The notes below the pieces were generated by a model. That model was not told the DNA's origin and ran no database searches. It saw only the letters and a program-made list of their open reading frames with translations. Below are positions 48,649-58,634 of a stretch of DNA of 64,000 nt, piece after piece. The translations under genes were made by a program, and so were the position numbers. The DNA lies in IMG/VR virus record IMGVR_UViG_3300025133_000073, positions 1-64,000 of that record; one strand, given 5' to 3'. Position 1 is the first letter of the stretch, and the number at the start of each line of letters is the position of its first letter. Source of the DNA: a virus.

Positions 48649-50091
48649 TTATCGTATTTCTTCCCATCTGATGCCTGCAAGTACGGCTGCGTCCGATGCG
48701 TCAGACCTTATTGCGGCTACTGTGAGTATTCCTGTACCCGAACCTTGTTTATCCCACAGAACCGTTTTTCCAAGAACACTTGCTGTATTTCCTGCTGCCA
48801 CTATTGACCCTTTACCTCCGCCTCCTGATGCATATACATACTCACTGTCTATCTCATGTCCGTTCGATACTGCTGTAGCAGCTATGTCGAACTCCATACA
48901 ACTTTCAGATGTGTCAACATCATTCCATGCAGCATTAGTAAGAACAGCGTCATGAAGTATCACATATCTGATACTCTCGTCTGTTTGAACGAATACGCTC
49001 TTTGGAAGAGAGAGTATCATATTGTCAAATGTCTGAAAAGTGCTTTTAGGTCTAATACTTATCAACGGTACCAAAGTTGTACTAACAGTATATGTAGATA
49101 TTCCTCTGTCTGCAACTCTTGGGAGCCCAGGTATATCAACAAGATCTGCACCTCCTTCACTCTTGACAGTACAGCAAATAGCCTTCATTGTAGCAGAAGC
49201 ATTTGCTGCTATCTTGTATCGATACCCTATTGCATTAGCATCGTTTCCGTATCCGCATTCCATATAAGTAATGCCTCCTGTGGTATACACTTTGAAATAT
49301 GCAGGAAGATTTGCCATCTGCCAGTAACCTGAATTTCTCAGATTATCATTATGAATACTTCCAAGATACGTTGGAGCACCGTTTGCTACTTTGAAGAATC
49401 TGATCGTACCGACCTTGAGAGATTGAAAATCCATACCTAAGATATGAGATTTTGACCAATCCATAGATGTAGTATCTATCGCCCAATCATCTTCATGTAC
49501 AACATCAAGATCTGCAGCAGACCCTGATATAGAGCTTCTAAGAAAGAACTCAGCGTTTCCTCCTCCTATATTTGCAAGGTCGAGAACAGTAGTTTCTTCT
49601 ATTAACTGAGAGTTACCTGGAGTGTATACGATCGGGTGAGAACGCATTTCCGCATATGACCCGTTATTCGCATCACTCAATGAGAGTGTAAGGTCTCTGG
49701 TATTACCGTTATGTGTGACCGTCCCATTATTGATTATCTCATCGAAGTAGTCAGGTTGCTTATCGTAAAGGAACTCAACATCAGCTCGTTGTCCTGTACC
49801 TGATACTCTGTCTCTACTGAAGGCATCCTTTGATAGATCTGATGTACCACTTGCTCCTGTACCACCGAGATACCCATCAATGATCTCAATAAGTTCAAGT
49901 TCTGTTGTAGATACAGGTAGGATAAATTCCTTATATGCATCATTTACCACAATTACACCATCAGATGTAATTATGATATTACCATTGTCACCACTTACAG
50001 TAGTAACAGACTTGAAGTAATAATTGATCTTACTGATCGTATCATTATAAACAAGGATTCTATCTGGTCGATCTTCTACGTGCCATGCCAT
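48649..50091 (-). CDS. Tail fibre / structural protein (DAFxRxRVS family)
   Basis: DAFSRDRVS motif followed by a lectin-like beta-rich domain, TLVPLISIRPK and a WEEIR terminus, as in aquatic-phage structural proteins. Confidence 0.6.
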   Translation of the reverse strand: MAWHVEDRPDRILVYNDTISKINYYFKSVTTVSGDNGNIIITSDGVIVVNDAYKEFILPVSTTELELIEIIDGYLGGTGASGTSDLSKDAFSRDRVSGTGQRADVEFLYDKQPDYFDEIINNGTVTHNGNTRDLTLSLSDANNGSYAEMRSHPIVYTPGNSQLIEETTVLDLANIGGGNAEFFLRSSISGSAADLDVVHEDDWAIDTTSMDWSKSHILGMDFQSLKVGTIRFFKVANGAPTYLGSIHNDNLRNSGYWQMANLPAYFKVYTTGGITYMECGYGNDANAIGYRYKIAANASATMKAICCTVKSEGGADLVDIPGLPRVADRGISTYTVSTTLVPLISIRPKSTFQTFDNMILSLPKSVFVQTDESIRYVILHDAVLTNAAWNDVDTSESCMEFDIAATAVSNGHEIDSEYVYASGGGGKGSIVAAGNTASVLGKTVLWDKQGSGTGILTVAAIRSDASDAAVLAGIRWEEIR

Positions 50092-51086
50092 TATCGTACG
50101 AGTGTTAATGTTGCCGCATTAAGTGTTATTTCATTTGCTACAGCACCTACTCCATTCTGTCCTGTGACAAGTACTGCTGCTCCTGATACATCAAAGTCTG
50201 TTACCGCACTTGATTTTACAACCGTCACTTCAGGTGCTATCCCGTTGAAGGCATAAGTACCGTAAGTACGTGCTGAAGTATTACCGACCCTCTGTATTGT
50301 AAGATCTATGATAAGATCTGTACCATTAGGTGCTGTAGTTACAGTATTTGAAGTTATTTGTATACCATCTACATAGACCCGTATTGTTTTAGCATTTACG
50401 GTTCCTCCTATTGCTACATACGCTTTCAACTGAGCAGCGTCACCATCTGTGAGTTCTGCTGCAGGAATAGTACCTGTAAATAATGTAGCTTCTACTGTAT
50501 CCATTGCAGTAGCAAGTGATGTAACAGAAGAAGTAAGGAGTGTTATCTCACTGAGTAATTCATTCCCTAATGATGCATCTGCTATACGTGCTGCTGCGAG
50601 TGTGCCTGAAAGCTTTGCAGCATCCATGTCACTCATCTCAGTATCGGTAATTGTACCTGCTTGTATCTTAGACCCATCAAGATCTATGATCTTATCGTCA
50701 GCAATTGTAGCAAGTTCTATCATTGAACCGTCTATCACTCCGTCCTCGTGAAAGGATACGAGATCGTAGACATCCCAAGATGACCCGTTATAGTTTGCAA
50801 ATAAGATGCAGTTCTTAGCTACTATTTCCTCAGGAAGTACTGTCCCTAAGAAGTTCACCAAGTTAGGTGAAGTAGATGATATGGTAGCACTCCAATACAC
50901 AAGTAGTGAAGTGTCTGTAGCAGGTGTTCCCACTGCTGCGAATGTCAATACTCCTGCAAGAGTATGTGTCCCTGTTACTCGGAATGTTCCGTATAATGGC
51001 TCAGTTCCTGCTGACGCCTTATCAACATTGATATTGATCGTTGCAGGAGATGCAGATATTGCCAGTTCTTTTACTATGCTGTCCAT
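50091..51086 (-). CDS. Tail fibre protein
   Basis: Ala/Thr-rich, with ~10-aa I.D..I...KI repeats in the middle and a C-terminal beta domain paralogous to that of the next gene. Confidence 0.65.
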   Translation of the reverse strand: MDSIVKELAISASPATININVDKASAGTEPLYGTFRVTGTHTLAGVLTFAAVGTPATDTSLLVYWSATISSTSPNLVNFLGTVLPEEIVAKNCILFANYNGSSWDVYDLVSFHEDGVIDGSMIELATIADDKIIDLDGSKIQAGTITDTEMSDMDAAKLSGTLAAARIADASLGNELLSEITLLTSSVTSLATAMDTVEATLFTGTIPAAELTDGDAAQLKAYVAIGGTVNAKTIRVYVDGIQITSNTVTTAPNGTDLIIDLTIQRVGNTSARTYGTYAFNGIAPEVTVVKSSAVTDFDVSGAAVLVTGQNGVGAVANEITLNAATLTLVR

Positions 51087-52138
51087 TACGATGTATAATT
51101 TAAGAAGATTAGATCTGATTTTATCACTTTGATAGGAGATGATCCTACTACCGAATTCGTTTTAATGAATGTTTCTACAGTATATGCTGTGGAATCCAAC
51201 GTAAGACCTCCTATTGTCTGTCCTGATCTGATATATGTATCGGACGGTGCGATTATAGCTCCTGCATTAGGAGCATACAGGAAGTCCTGAGTATAATCTC
51301 CGTGATAGAACACTTCAACAGCAGCTTCTATACGTACTGTAGTGTTATTCACTCTTGTGATGTCAACTACAACTCGATATCCTTGTGTTCTTCCCTCATT
51401 TATGTCGGTTGAACCCGCCACACCTATTTCAAGTGCTGTTCCCGCGCCTGCAGGTCCGAATTTGATCTGTAGACCATGTGTATGATGATTACTTGCTGTA
51501 GTACCTATCACTGCACACTCATATCTGAGTGTATCCTGATTGTCAGCAAGTGTGTCAGCGTCTACTGTTATTGCACCTGTTCCTAATACGAATGAATTGC
51601 TCGATGTAGGGGTTGCTGCAGCAAGAATGTGTGATAACAATCCTATACCTGCGGCACCTGTTCCTCCTGTTCCACCAGTAGGTCCTGTGTCTCCATCAGG
51701 CATCAGACATACTACTACATCATCCTCATCAGTGAAAGCTCCGTTACTGACAACATGTGTCACAGTAAGATCGTACTCGGCAGGGACAGCAGCCGCATCA
51801 GCAGCAGTTATCTCACCTAACCAGTATATTGAACTATCATCTTCCTTGAATATCTTGATACGACCGAATGGAGTAGTGCCTACTGACGCAAGAAAAGAAC
51901 TTACATCAACACCTTCCGATGCCGTGTCATTTATAAATATATGGGTAACGCTTGCGAGAGTAGCATTATTGAAACGTACTTCACCGCTACCTGTAGTATT
52001 AGCAGTACCGCTATCATACTCCCACTTTAATGCCCAACCGCCGTAAAGACCGTCTGTTCCATCTGTACCTGTAGGTCCTTGCGATAATTGAACTCCGCCG
52101 TCAAAGCAGTCATCATTACATCCTGCACATCCACTCAT
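51086..52138 (-). CDS. Tail fibre protein with Cys-rich N-terminus and short collagen-like repeats
   Basis: MSGCAGCNDDC; GPTGTDGTDG and GDTGPTGGTGGTGAAG Gly-x-y runs; GEVRFNN domain. Confidence 0.7.
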   Translation of the reverse strand: MSGCAGCNDDCFDGGVQLSQGPTGTDGTDGLYGGWALKWEYDSGTANTTGSGEVRFNNATLASVTHIFINDTASEGVDVSSFLASVGTTPFGRIKIFKEDDSSIYWLGEITAADAAAVPAEYDLTVTHVVSNGAFTDEDDVVVCLMPDGDTGPTGGTGGTGAAGIGLLSHILAAATPTSSNSFVLGTGAITVDADTLADNQDTLRYECAVIGTTASNHHTHGLQIKFGPAGAGTALEIGVAGSTDINEGRTQGYRVVVDITRVNNTTVRIEAAVEVFYHGDYTQDFLYAPNAGAIIAPSDTYIRSGQTIGGLTLDSTAYTVETFIKTNSVVGSSPIKVIKSDLIFLNYTS

Positions 52139-52150
52139 TGTCTTTCATTT

Positions 52151-52702
52151 TTAAGAGCATCCACAATCTGTCTCTACTCCACATAACGTCTGTAATGTAG
52201 CAAGAGTTGCTGTAGCTTCGTTCGCGTTGCATCCGTTCGCTTCAATAAGCAGTGTCTTATAAAGTGACCATAGATGCATATAAGTAAGAATTCGACTACC
52301 ATCTTTACATGGGTCGATATCCTTAAGTTCTATCATTTTTTGTTCTACACAGCATTTAATGCTGCATGTTGAGAAGAATTTAACAGTATTTGTTACAGTT
52401 CCTTCTCCAGTTGAAGTAACGGAATATAATATAGTATGCCATCCATCAGCAAGCTCAGAAGAAATATCATCATATGTGAAATCTCCTGTTACCGAAGAAG
52501 GTACCTGCGAAGTTACTACTTCAGGAGTTCCTCCGTCTATTGTAATAGTAACAGCAAAACCTGCGTCCCCAAAAGGCTTATGATTAGGTGTTCCCCATCC
52601 CGTAGGATTATCAGTTACGTGATATACGCCTGTAACGTCTTTGATCGAGACCTTTGTGCATCCTTCTATACTACATATTTGTATCAGTGGTTTAAGCGCC
52701 AT
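52151..52702 (-). CDS. Tail hub-like protein (crAss type, Cys-rich C-terminus)
   Basis: DVTGVY...NPTGWG...LADG...CC...LCG..DCGCS; follows the auxiliary capsid gene. Confidence 0.65.
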   Translation of the reverse strand: MALKPLIQICSIEGCTKVSIKDVTGVYHVTDNPTGWGTPNHKPFGDAGFAVTITIDGGTPEVVTSQVPSSVTGDFTYDDISSELADGWHTILYSVTSTGEGTVTNTVKFFSTCSIKCCVEQKMIELKDIDPCKDGSRILTYMHLWSLYKTLLIEANGCNANEATATLATLQTLCGVETDCGCS

Positions 52703-52709
52703 GATCGTT

Positions 52710-52717
52710 CAAAGATA
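52710..52717 (-). promoter_or_regulatory. TAnnTTTG (-7) promoter element restarting transcription after the terminator
   Basis: Minus strand TATCTTTG lies 7 nt before the ATG at 52702. Confidence 0.55.
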
Positions 52718-52729
52718 AGAAAAAGAGTT

Positions 52730-52780
52730 AAAAAAAGGGGAAGCGCGAACACCTTTAATAAGGTGCTCACGGTATCCCCT
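52730..52780 (-). terminator. Long-stem intrinsic terminator after the capsid operon
   Basis: Minus strand AGGGGA..GTGAGCACCTT-ATTA-AAGGTGTTCGC..TCCCC followed by TTTTTTT. Confidence 0.8.
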
Positions 52781-52790
52781 GATCAATTAA

Positions 52791-54095
52791 TTATCCCATG
52801 CTCAACTCATTGTTTGTGAAGCCCACCATGTCTTCCAAAATATCGGTGATGTCATCTGCTGCTGCACTCAACGCGAAGTTAGGCGTTGTTGTAGGTACAG
52901 CGAGTACGATCTCTTTCTTAGACACCTCATTTTGAAACTGTGTAATGGTATCAGAGTGAGAGAAACTAAGTAACCAGTATCCTCCACCTGTTACTGCTGC
53001 ACTCGCAAGAACATTATCAGTACTGTCAAACAAGAACGGCTGTCCCATTCTGTATTGCTCTCCTGAGTATCCGTTAAGGAAGTTCTCCAATTGAGCAACT
53101 TGCTCAACAGTTCCTGATCCTGCATCAACTGCAGTAACTACAGATACTGGAGCAGTTCCCATAGAAGGGTTAGGTAAAGCAACGAAACGTACTTTAGTGT
53201 AACGACTCTTACCAAGAGTGAAATCCAATACTTGTCCGTCAATTCGTACTCCTGCAGCGGCAGCTAATAAAGCAGCGTTTGTCAATGAGTCAGCGGCAGC
53301 AATTGCTATAACAGCAGATGCTTCATTGATGGGTCGATCCAGAGTAACAGTAGTGGTACCTGCTCCTGAAACAACTACATAACAATTATCAGAAGTAGTA
53401 TTACCTAATCTAATAACGTCTCCATTTGCAGCCACATCACCCGCAACACTCAGCCCTACTTGTGTAGATCCTTGTGAAATAGTGACAGTACCTGCCGTAG
53501 CTACAGTAGCAGCAGCAGAAAGTAATTCGGCAACAATAGGAGGATTTCCTGCAGCATTCTTAACTTCTCTCTTGAAGTTGTCATTTATAGACTTAACAAG
53601 TCCGTTAGCGATGTCGATCTCATCATCAGTCAATAGAGATTGGTAATAACCTGCTTTCAACTTCTCTGCGTCAGTACCTGACCAGAACTGCTGTAAGTTA
53701 ATGTTGATCGCCATCAGCTCTCCTAAGTGATTGGCAACGGCGTCAGAAAGATCTCCTGTAGTTCCGTTGTATCCTATTCCTGTAGATTGTTCAGCTGCAG
53801 CTGCGAAAGCCTGTACTAAAACATTTGTCATAGATGATTTTACAATCACATCAGATACGATAGGAGGCAATGCTGCTCCTCGACTTACTGCAATGACAAA
53901 TCTGTCAGAATCAGCAAGAACTGCAGTTGCCTGCGTTACTCGTACTCCACTTTGAGTAAATATCCCGATCTCACCTACATTCGTAGCCGCCTGAAAGGCT
54001 GCTGAATTAAGATCTGTCGTAGTGATCGTGTTCGTAGCAGGAGTTGCTCCTATGATGATCCCTTTTGCGTTATTAATTGCACTTGGTGCGCTCAT
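52791..54095 (-). CDS. Auxiliary capsid / decoration protein (crAss type)
   Basis: 434 aa, Ala/Val/Thr-rich; SDVI, GSGTVEQVAQLENF..GYSG and Y..LSFSH motifs. Lies after the MCP and its two downstream genes, followed by a strong terminator. Confidence 0.65.
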   Translation of the reverse strand: MSAPSAINNAKGIIIGATPATNTITTTDLNSAAFQAATNVGEIGIFTQSGVRVTQATAVLADSDRFVIAVSRGAALPPIVSDVIVKSSMTNVLVQAFAAAAEQSTGIGYNGTTGDLSDAVANHLGELMAININLQQFWSGTDAEKLKAGYYQSLLTDDEIDIANGLVKSINDNFKREVKNAAGNPPIVAELLSAAATVATAGTVTISQGSTQVGLSVAGDVAANGDVIRLGNTTSDNCYVVVSGAGTTTVTLDRPINEASAVIAIAAADSLTNAALLAAAAGVRIDGQVLDFTLGKSRYTKVRFVALPNPSMGTAPVSVVTAVDAGSGTVEQVAQLENFLNGYSGEQYRMGQPFLFDSTDNVLASAAVTGGGYWLLSFSHSDTITQFQNEVSKKEIVLAVPTTTPNFALSAAADDITDILEDMVGFTNNELSMG

Positions 54096-54198
54096 TATTT
54101 CTTGTTTTAAAAGATTAAAGGTATACGATCCGCATCGACCTGCTTCATTGCAGGATTTTCGTCATATCAATTACAAACCTGTAGTTATTACGTTTTTC

Positions 54199-54930
54199 TT
54201 ATTCTATTATTCTGGCATTCTCTGCCATTTTACTCTGTAGTTCTGCTCGTCCTGTGGACTGCATCATCAATTCAACTGCAATATCGGCAATTTTTTCGTG
54301 TTGCATCTCATGAAACTCACAAAAATCATTTATGTTCGTCAGATCTACATCTTTCGGAACCCTGTAATAAGAGACATGATATACGTCAAGGGTTGCCCCA
54401 TCGAACGCAATAAGTTCATGTCGCTTTCTATTAGAAGCGGAGACAGCATCACCTATAGCGAGCCGTTCCCGATCTAATCTCCAAAGAAGTTCTGCATACG
54501 GTTTCTTGTACGCAGATCTCTTGTTGACACTGTAGTAATCCTCTTTGATGGGTTTTACATTCACCCTATCGGTCTGTTCATCACCACATGCGTCATCATA
54601 TGTAATAGTAGCTTCCTCACCTAAGGTCAACCAGAAATTCACTGGAAGATCTACAAAGTAAGAGTCACTACCGTGGTCTCCTGCAGAAAAGGAAACAGGG
54701 AAGACATCCTCGAAACCCTTGAGCTCTGAAAGATCTTTCGATCGTTTCTCTGTCATCTCAGCTCCCGTACGAGTAGGATTTGCTTTATCGTTCTCGTATC
54801 GTTTGCTAAAATGCTTCTGAGCTACATTATAAAAGACACTGAAGTCATCGTCATCGTATCCAGGAGCACCTCCTGATGATACGACATCGAGTCGGATCTT
54901 CATATAATCAAGTATTTCGTCAGTTGTCAT
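54199..54930 (-). CDS. Conserved crAss virion ring/neck protein (crAssphage 'gene 74'-like)
   Basis: MT..E...D.VSSGGAPGY...FYNVAQ...E.TEKR..DL..L...YYRVPK...CEFHEMQHEKIADIAV; synteny. Confidence 0.75.
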   Translation of the reverse strand: MTTDEILDYMKIRLDVVSSGGAPGYDDDDFSVFYNVAQKHFSKRYENDKANPTRTGAEMTEKRSKDLSELKGFEDVFPVSFSAGDHGSDSYFVDLPVNFWLTLGEEATITYDDACGDEQTDRVNVKPIKEDYYSVNKRSAYKKPYAELLWRLDRERLAIGDAVSASNRKRHELIAFDGATLDVYHVSYYRVPKDVDLTNINDFCEFHEMQHEKIADIAVELMMQSTGRAELQSKMAENARIIE

Positions 54931-55835
54931 CAGTCTCTACCTTCTGCTCGGTTAACCATAGTTTCAATCAAAATTCTATGATCATTGTTGGAATCATTCT
55001 TCAAGAACGCCATTGTTGATGCAAGGTCTGATCCCATAAGGTCTCCTCCCATTGTACGGTAAATAGTACCGTCCTTCTGCATCGCACTATATGTCAGCGC
55101 CTTGGTTATCAGAATACGTGTCTGAAGATTCACATCATTGATCACATCAAGGAATCTCTTAGGATTCTTTGCAACTTCTTCACCTGCTTGACCCTGAAGC
55201 CATTCAAGTTTAGCATCTGCAGGAACTCTATGATTCTGTAAAAGGAACAGGATATCTGCAAGAGATGTCTTGTCCTCACGTATCTTAGTGTATGCTGAAT
55301 AAGCATCTGCGACAAGATTGGCTGCAGAAGATTTCTTTCCGTCAGCATAGTCAACATCTACTATCATATACTTATAAGATGCTTTTTTGCGGGCTTCCGC
55401 TGCACCATCTGCGATAAAGTTCCTGTTGGTCAACAACACACTACGTGTAATATAATCCATAGGATCGGACAGATCCAGAGTGATCTCGGTCTTACCCAAT
55501 ACTACGGGCTTGAAGATCATTTTCCAGAAATTGTTATCGGTCTTATGAATTGACAGATCACCTGGTTTCAACGACATTCCTGGATGATTCTCCAAAAACT
55601 CTGCTTCTTCAGGGGTCAAAGGATTCACGTATGCTCCGCCTACACTCTTACGCGCAATGCCTATCCTATGGGTAGCATGCTTGTAGAGGAAGGAAGCTTC
55701 ATGCTTCTCAGGTAACCAACCTTTCCTTTTCACAGGTATCACTTTCACTTTCTTATTCGGTAGACTGAATTTTGCAGGAGCATCCATTACGGTTGCCCCT
55801 GCATCATTCGTCTTATTAGCTTTTTCTTTTGCCAT
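54930..55835 (-). CDS. Conserved crAss protein downstream of the MCP ('gene 75'-like)
   Basis: NNFWK...LDLSDPMDYI...KASYKYMIVD pattern; synteny. Confidence 0.75.
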   Translation of the reverse strand: MAKEKANKTNDAGATVMDAPAKFSLPNKKVKVIPVKRKGWLPEKHEASFLYKHATHRIGIARKSVGGAYVNPLTPEEAEFLENHPGMSLKPGDLSIHKTDNNFWKMIFKPVVLGKTEITLDLSDPMDYITRSVLLTNRNFIADGAAEARKKASYKYMIVDVDYADGKKSSAANLVADAYSAYTKIREDKTSLADILFLLQNHRVPADAKLEWLQGQAGEEVAKNPKRFLDVINDVNLQTRILITKALTYSAMQKDGTIYRTMGGDLMGSDLASTMAFLKNDSNNDHRILIETMVNRAEGRD

Positions 55836-55861
55836 TTTAACTTCTCCTTAAAACTCAGTTA

Positions 55862-57367
55862 TTACCAAAGGATGTTCGGTATCAGACTCTTCGTACGTGA
55901 AGGATCATATACTATCGCACCACATTGTGACGCACGGTGAATGGTGTAACCATCAGTTGCGTGTGCCATTATACTCATCTTACCTTCTGGTGAGAAAGGA
56001 TCTCTCAATCCTGGCTCGTATCCCCAGATGTTCTCAGATCCTTTCACATAGACCTTCTGAATGTTCGGCTCACCATTGGTGGTTCCGATATCCATGATGT
56101 CATATCTGTAAGATTCTGCAACTCCACCGTCGGGATGAAGGATCTTATTACGTGTACGGTTGTCGTACATGCTGTCAACCATGATGGAGAAACGGATACC
56201 GTTAGGTCCCATGTAATCCAAGAATTGACCGCCGTATCCGAGTGCCAACTTAACCCCTTTCATTCCACCATTCTGAGATGTCTTGAACATCCTGTCCTGA
56301 TTGAACAATGGTGTAAACAATTGAGAATGATTCTCAAGAGCAGTGTGGAACTGTACAGCTCCCCTTTCACCTGTTCGGGCTACGAAGTGACGCTGATCAG
56401 TAGGCAATTTACCTTCTGACAGACTCATCAATACGTCAAGCAACCAATCGATAGTAAAATCAGCATAGAACTCAGTACCTGAAGATTCCATCTGCTGACG
56501 GATACCTGCACCTTGCTTCTTGATGTGACCTGACTTACCGAAGTTGTAATACTCACCGTTCACTCCCCTGTTGCTTCGCGCAAACATAAGTAACTTGTTC
56601 TTTTCCTCACGGAACTCACGATCGAAGATATAATCCTCGTAGTTTGTCCATGTAAGGAAGGTCTTCAACGAACCGTCGCCGTCTTTGACCTTGAAGCCCG
56701 TACCGAAAGGTCGGTTCTTCATGTTACCAGGAACCGTGTGCTCCATACGGATCATAGAGAAAGAATTTCTCATTCCGAAAGGAGACTCGAAGCTGATTCC
56801 ACCACCTTTCTTAGAAAGAGTGTCCTCAACGAGTGACCAATCACGTGACCATCGTGTACCTGATGCCAATTCTTCAACTGGAACAAACAGATCAGGATCG
56901 CCTGTGATAAGCTTTACTGGATAAACATAGTTACTACCGTCTGCCCACGGGTCACGTTGGACCTGCAAAGGGTATAATTCATTTTGATGACCGACAAGGA
57001 TGTGTTCATCCGTGAAGATCTTTTCCTCGAAAACCAAATAGAACTCAGTAACTACTGCTCCTGGTTCATCGCCTACTGCAACTGCGGCACCGTCGGCAGT
57101 AAGTCGAGCCTCCACAAGTGGTAGGTTCTTCGTACTGTCTCCGATCAGTTCCCAAGTGTAATCATCATCGGTATCAAGGTACTTGACCTTATACTTAGAT
57201 AATTGGGAATCGAGATCCATACCAAAATTAGTGGTAAAGATCCTACGCATGATGTCAGTGGCCTTTTGAGGTCTTCCTTGGTATACGCTGTACAGGTGGT
57301 TTGCAGTAGTTATACCGCTCCAGTGCTGTGCATCGTACATCTGAAACTCTGAAAATGGAAGTGCCAT
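55862..57367 (-). CDS. Major capsid protein (crAss family, HK97 fold)
   Basis: 501 aa; WSGITTANHL, DYTWEL, RNSFSMIR, GAGIRQQ, TGERGA..FH, GLRDPF. Located after the portal and scaffold genes. Confidence 0.9.
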   Translation of the reverse strand: MALPFSEFQMYDAQHWSGITTANHLYSVYQGRPQKATDIMRRIFTTNFGMDLDSQLSKYKVKYLDTDDDYTWELIGDSTKNLPLVEARLTADGAAVAVGDEPGAVVTEFYLVFEEKIFTDEHILVGHQNELYPLQVQRDPWADGSNYVYPVKLITGDPDLFVPVEELASGTRWSRDWSLVEDTLSKKGGGISFESPFGMRNSFSMIRMEHTVPGNMKNRPFGTGFKVKDGDGSLKTFLTWTNYEDYIFDREFREEKNKLLMFARSNRGVNGEYYNFGKSGHIKKQGAGIRQQMESSGTEFYADFTIDWLLDVLMSLSEGKLPTDQRHFVARTGERGAVQFHTALENHSQLFTPLFNQDRMFKTSQNGGMKGVKLALGYGGQFLDYMGPNGIRFSIMVDSMYDNRTRNKILHPDGGVAESYRYDIMDIGTTNGEPNIQKVYVKGSENIWGYEPGLRDPFSPEGKMSIMAHATDGYTIHRASQCGAIVYDPSRTKSLIPNILW

Positions 57368-57391
57368 TGATCATTGTATTTTTATATCAGA

Positions 57392-58624
57392 TTAAATTTG
57401 GGCACGGTCCACCAGTGCAATGACATTGTCACGCGCCTTTGTTGAACCAATGCTATCAAGTGAGACCCCTTGGCCTCCGTCATACAACCCTTCGGTCGTA
57501 ATATTTTTCTCAAGCTCCTCTATGGCGCTTGTCATTCCTCTACTTGTGAATATGCTAAGATCAGGCTTCTCATTGAAGACACCCATATGTATAAGATAAT
57601 TCAATCTCATATCAAATGCGTTAGGATCTGCGTCTCTCGTGTCAGTGACAAGTGAGCGAAGTTTCCCATTCTCTTTACGTCCTGTAGGAACAGTTACTGA
57701 GTCAGCGACATTCTGTCGTACCTTCTCTGATACTGGGATCCCAGGAAATATGTTCTCTGTCTTCAAAATATCATCCTTCGTCTTTTCAAGACGTTTGGAT
57801 GCATCCTCCCGTTGCGTCTTAGCTCCTTCATATTGTTCAGCTTCGACCTTTGCCTGCATTGCTCTGAGATTCTTGATGGAGATCTTTGCGTCCTCCTCAT
57901 CATCTGCAGCTGCGAATGAAGCATCGGTCTTACGTAATGCATCCTTAGGTTCATAACCTCTGGCTACAAAATCATTATAGATAAGACTCTTTCTGATCTC
58001 TGCCTTATTTTCAGAAGCAGCGGTATCATCAGCATCATTCTCTATGAATGCATCTTCGGTGTAAGTATCAAGAGTGAGCTTCATATTATGATTCTCAGCT
58101 ATTGCCTCTACAGGTACTCCATTACGGATAGCCTCCAGAACTCTCTTACCTTCTTCCCCAAGACCGTCAAACTCATTCTGTTTGATCGTATCCTTGATCG
58201 CATCAGCAAGACCTTTTACCGAAAGATCCTTCAATGCATCTTCGGAGTCTATGCCTGTAAGTATACCGTCCCTATAAAGTGCCGAAGCAAAATCCGTTAC
58301 AAGTAACGAAGGAGAAGAGGGAGCACTATCAGGGGACGGCGTATTTTCTGAAGCACCTTTTCCCTCTTCGGTCGTAGTAGGTGCGCCTGTCTTAAGGGTT
58401 ACATCGAACCCTTCATTAGTATCATCTTCTGTCCCTGGGGACGTGTCTGCTGATGTGTTTTCCGCCTGTGTTTCAACAACAGGTAACGGACTAAGGGCTT
58501 CATCAGAGGCCGATAAAGGAGCATCTTGTTTGAGTTCTACCTCAAATACTTCTTCATTGGCACCCTCTATGCCATCTACATCAAAATCGAAATTGGGTAT
58601 TATACCCTCTGTGTTATCAGCCAT
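57392..58624 (-). CDS. Putative scaffolding / capsid assembly protein ('gene 77'-like)
   Basis: Highly acidic, disordered N-terminus plus coiled coil; located between the portal and the MCP. Confidence 0.7.
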   Translation of the reverse strand: MADNTEGIIPNFDFDVDGIEGANEEVFEVELKQDAPLSASDEALSPLPVVETQAENTSADTSPGTEDDTNEGFDVTLKTGAPTTTEEGKGASENTPSPDSAPSSPSLLVTDFASALYRDGILTGIDSEDALKDLSVKGLADAIKDTIKQNEFDGLGEEGKRVLEAIRNGVPVEAIAENHNMKLTLDTYTEDAFIENDADDTAASENKAEIRKSLIYNDFVARGYEPKDALRKTDASFAAADDEEDAKISIKNLRAMQAKVEAEQYEGAKTQREDASKRLEKTKDDILKTENIFPGIPVSEKVRQNVADSVTVPTGRKENGKLRSLVTDTRDADPNAFDMRLNYLIHMGVFNEKPDLSIFTSRGMTSAIEELEKNITTEGLYDGGQGVSLDSIGSTKARDNVIALVDRAQI

Positions 58625-58634
58625 TTCTAATTTT

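Noticed and set aside
48648-48680. ORF-track starts at 48680, 41872, 44558 and 47013
   Set aside because: Downstream ATGs (48647, 41845, 44504, 46974) give better coupling to upstream stops and cleaner domain or signal-peptide starts.
54120-54180. Hammerhead ribozyme (GAAA plus hairpin plus GUC on the minus strand)
   Set aside because: There is no CUGANGA core and the stem III register does not fit.
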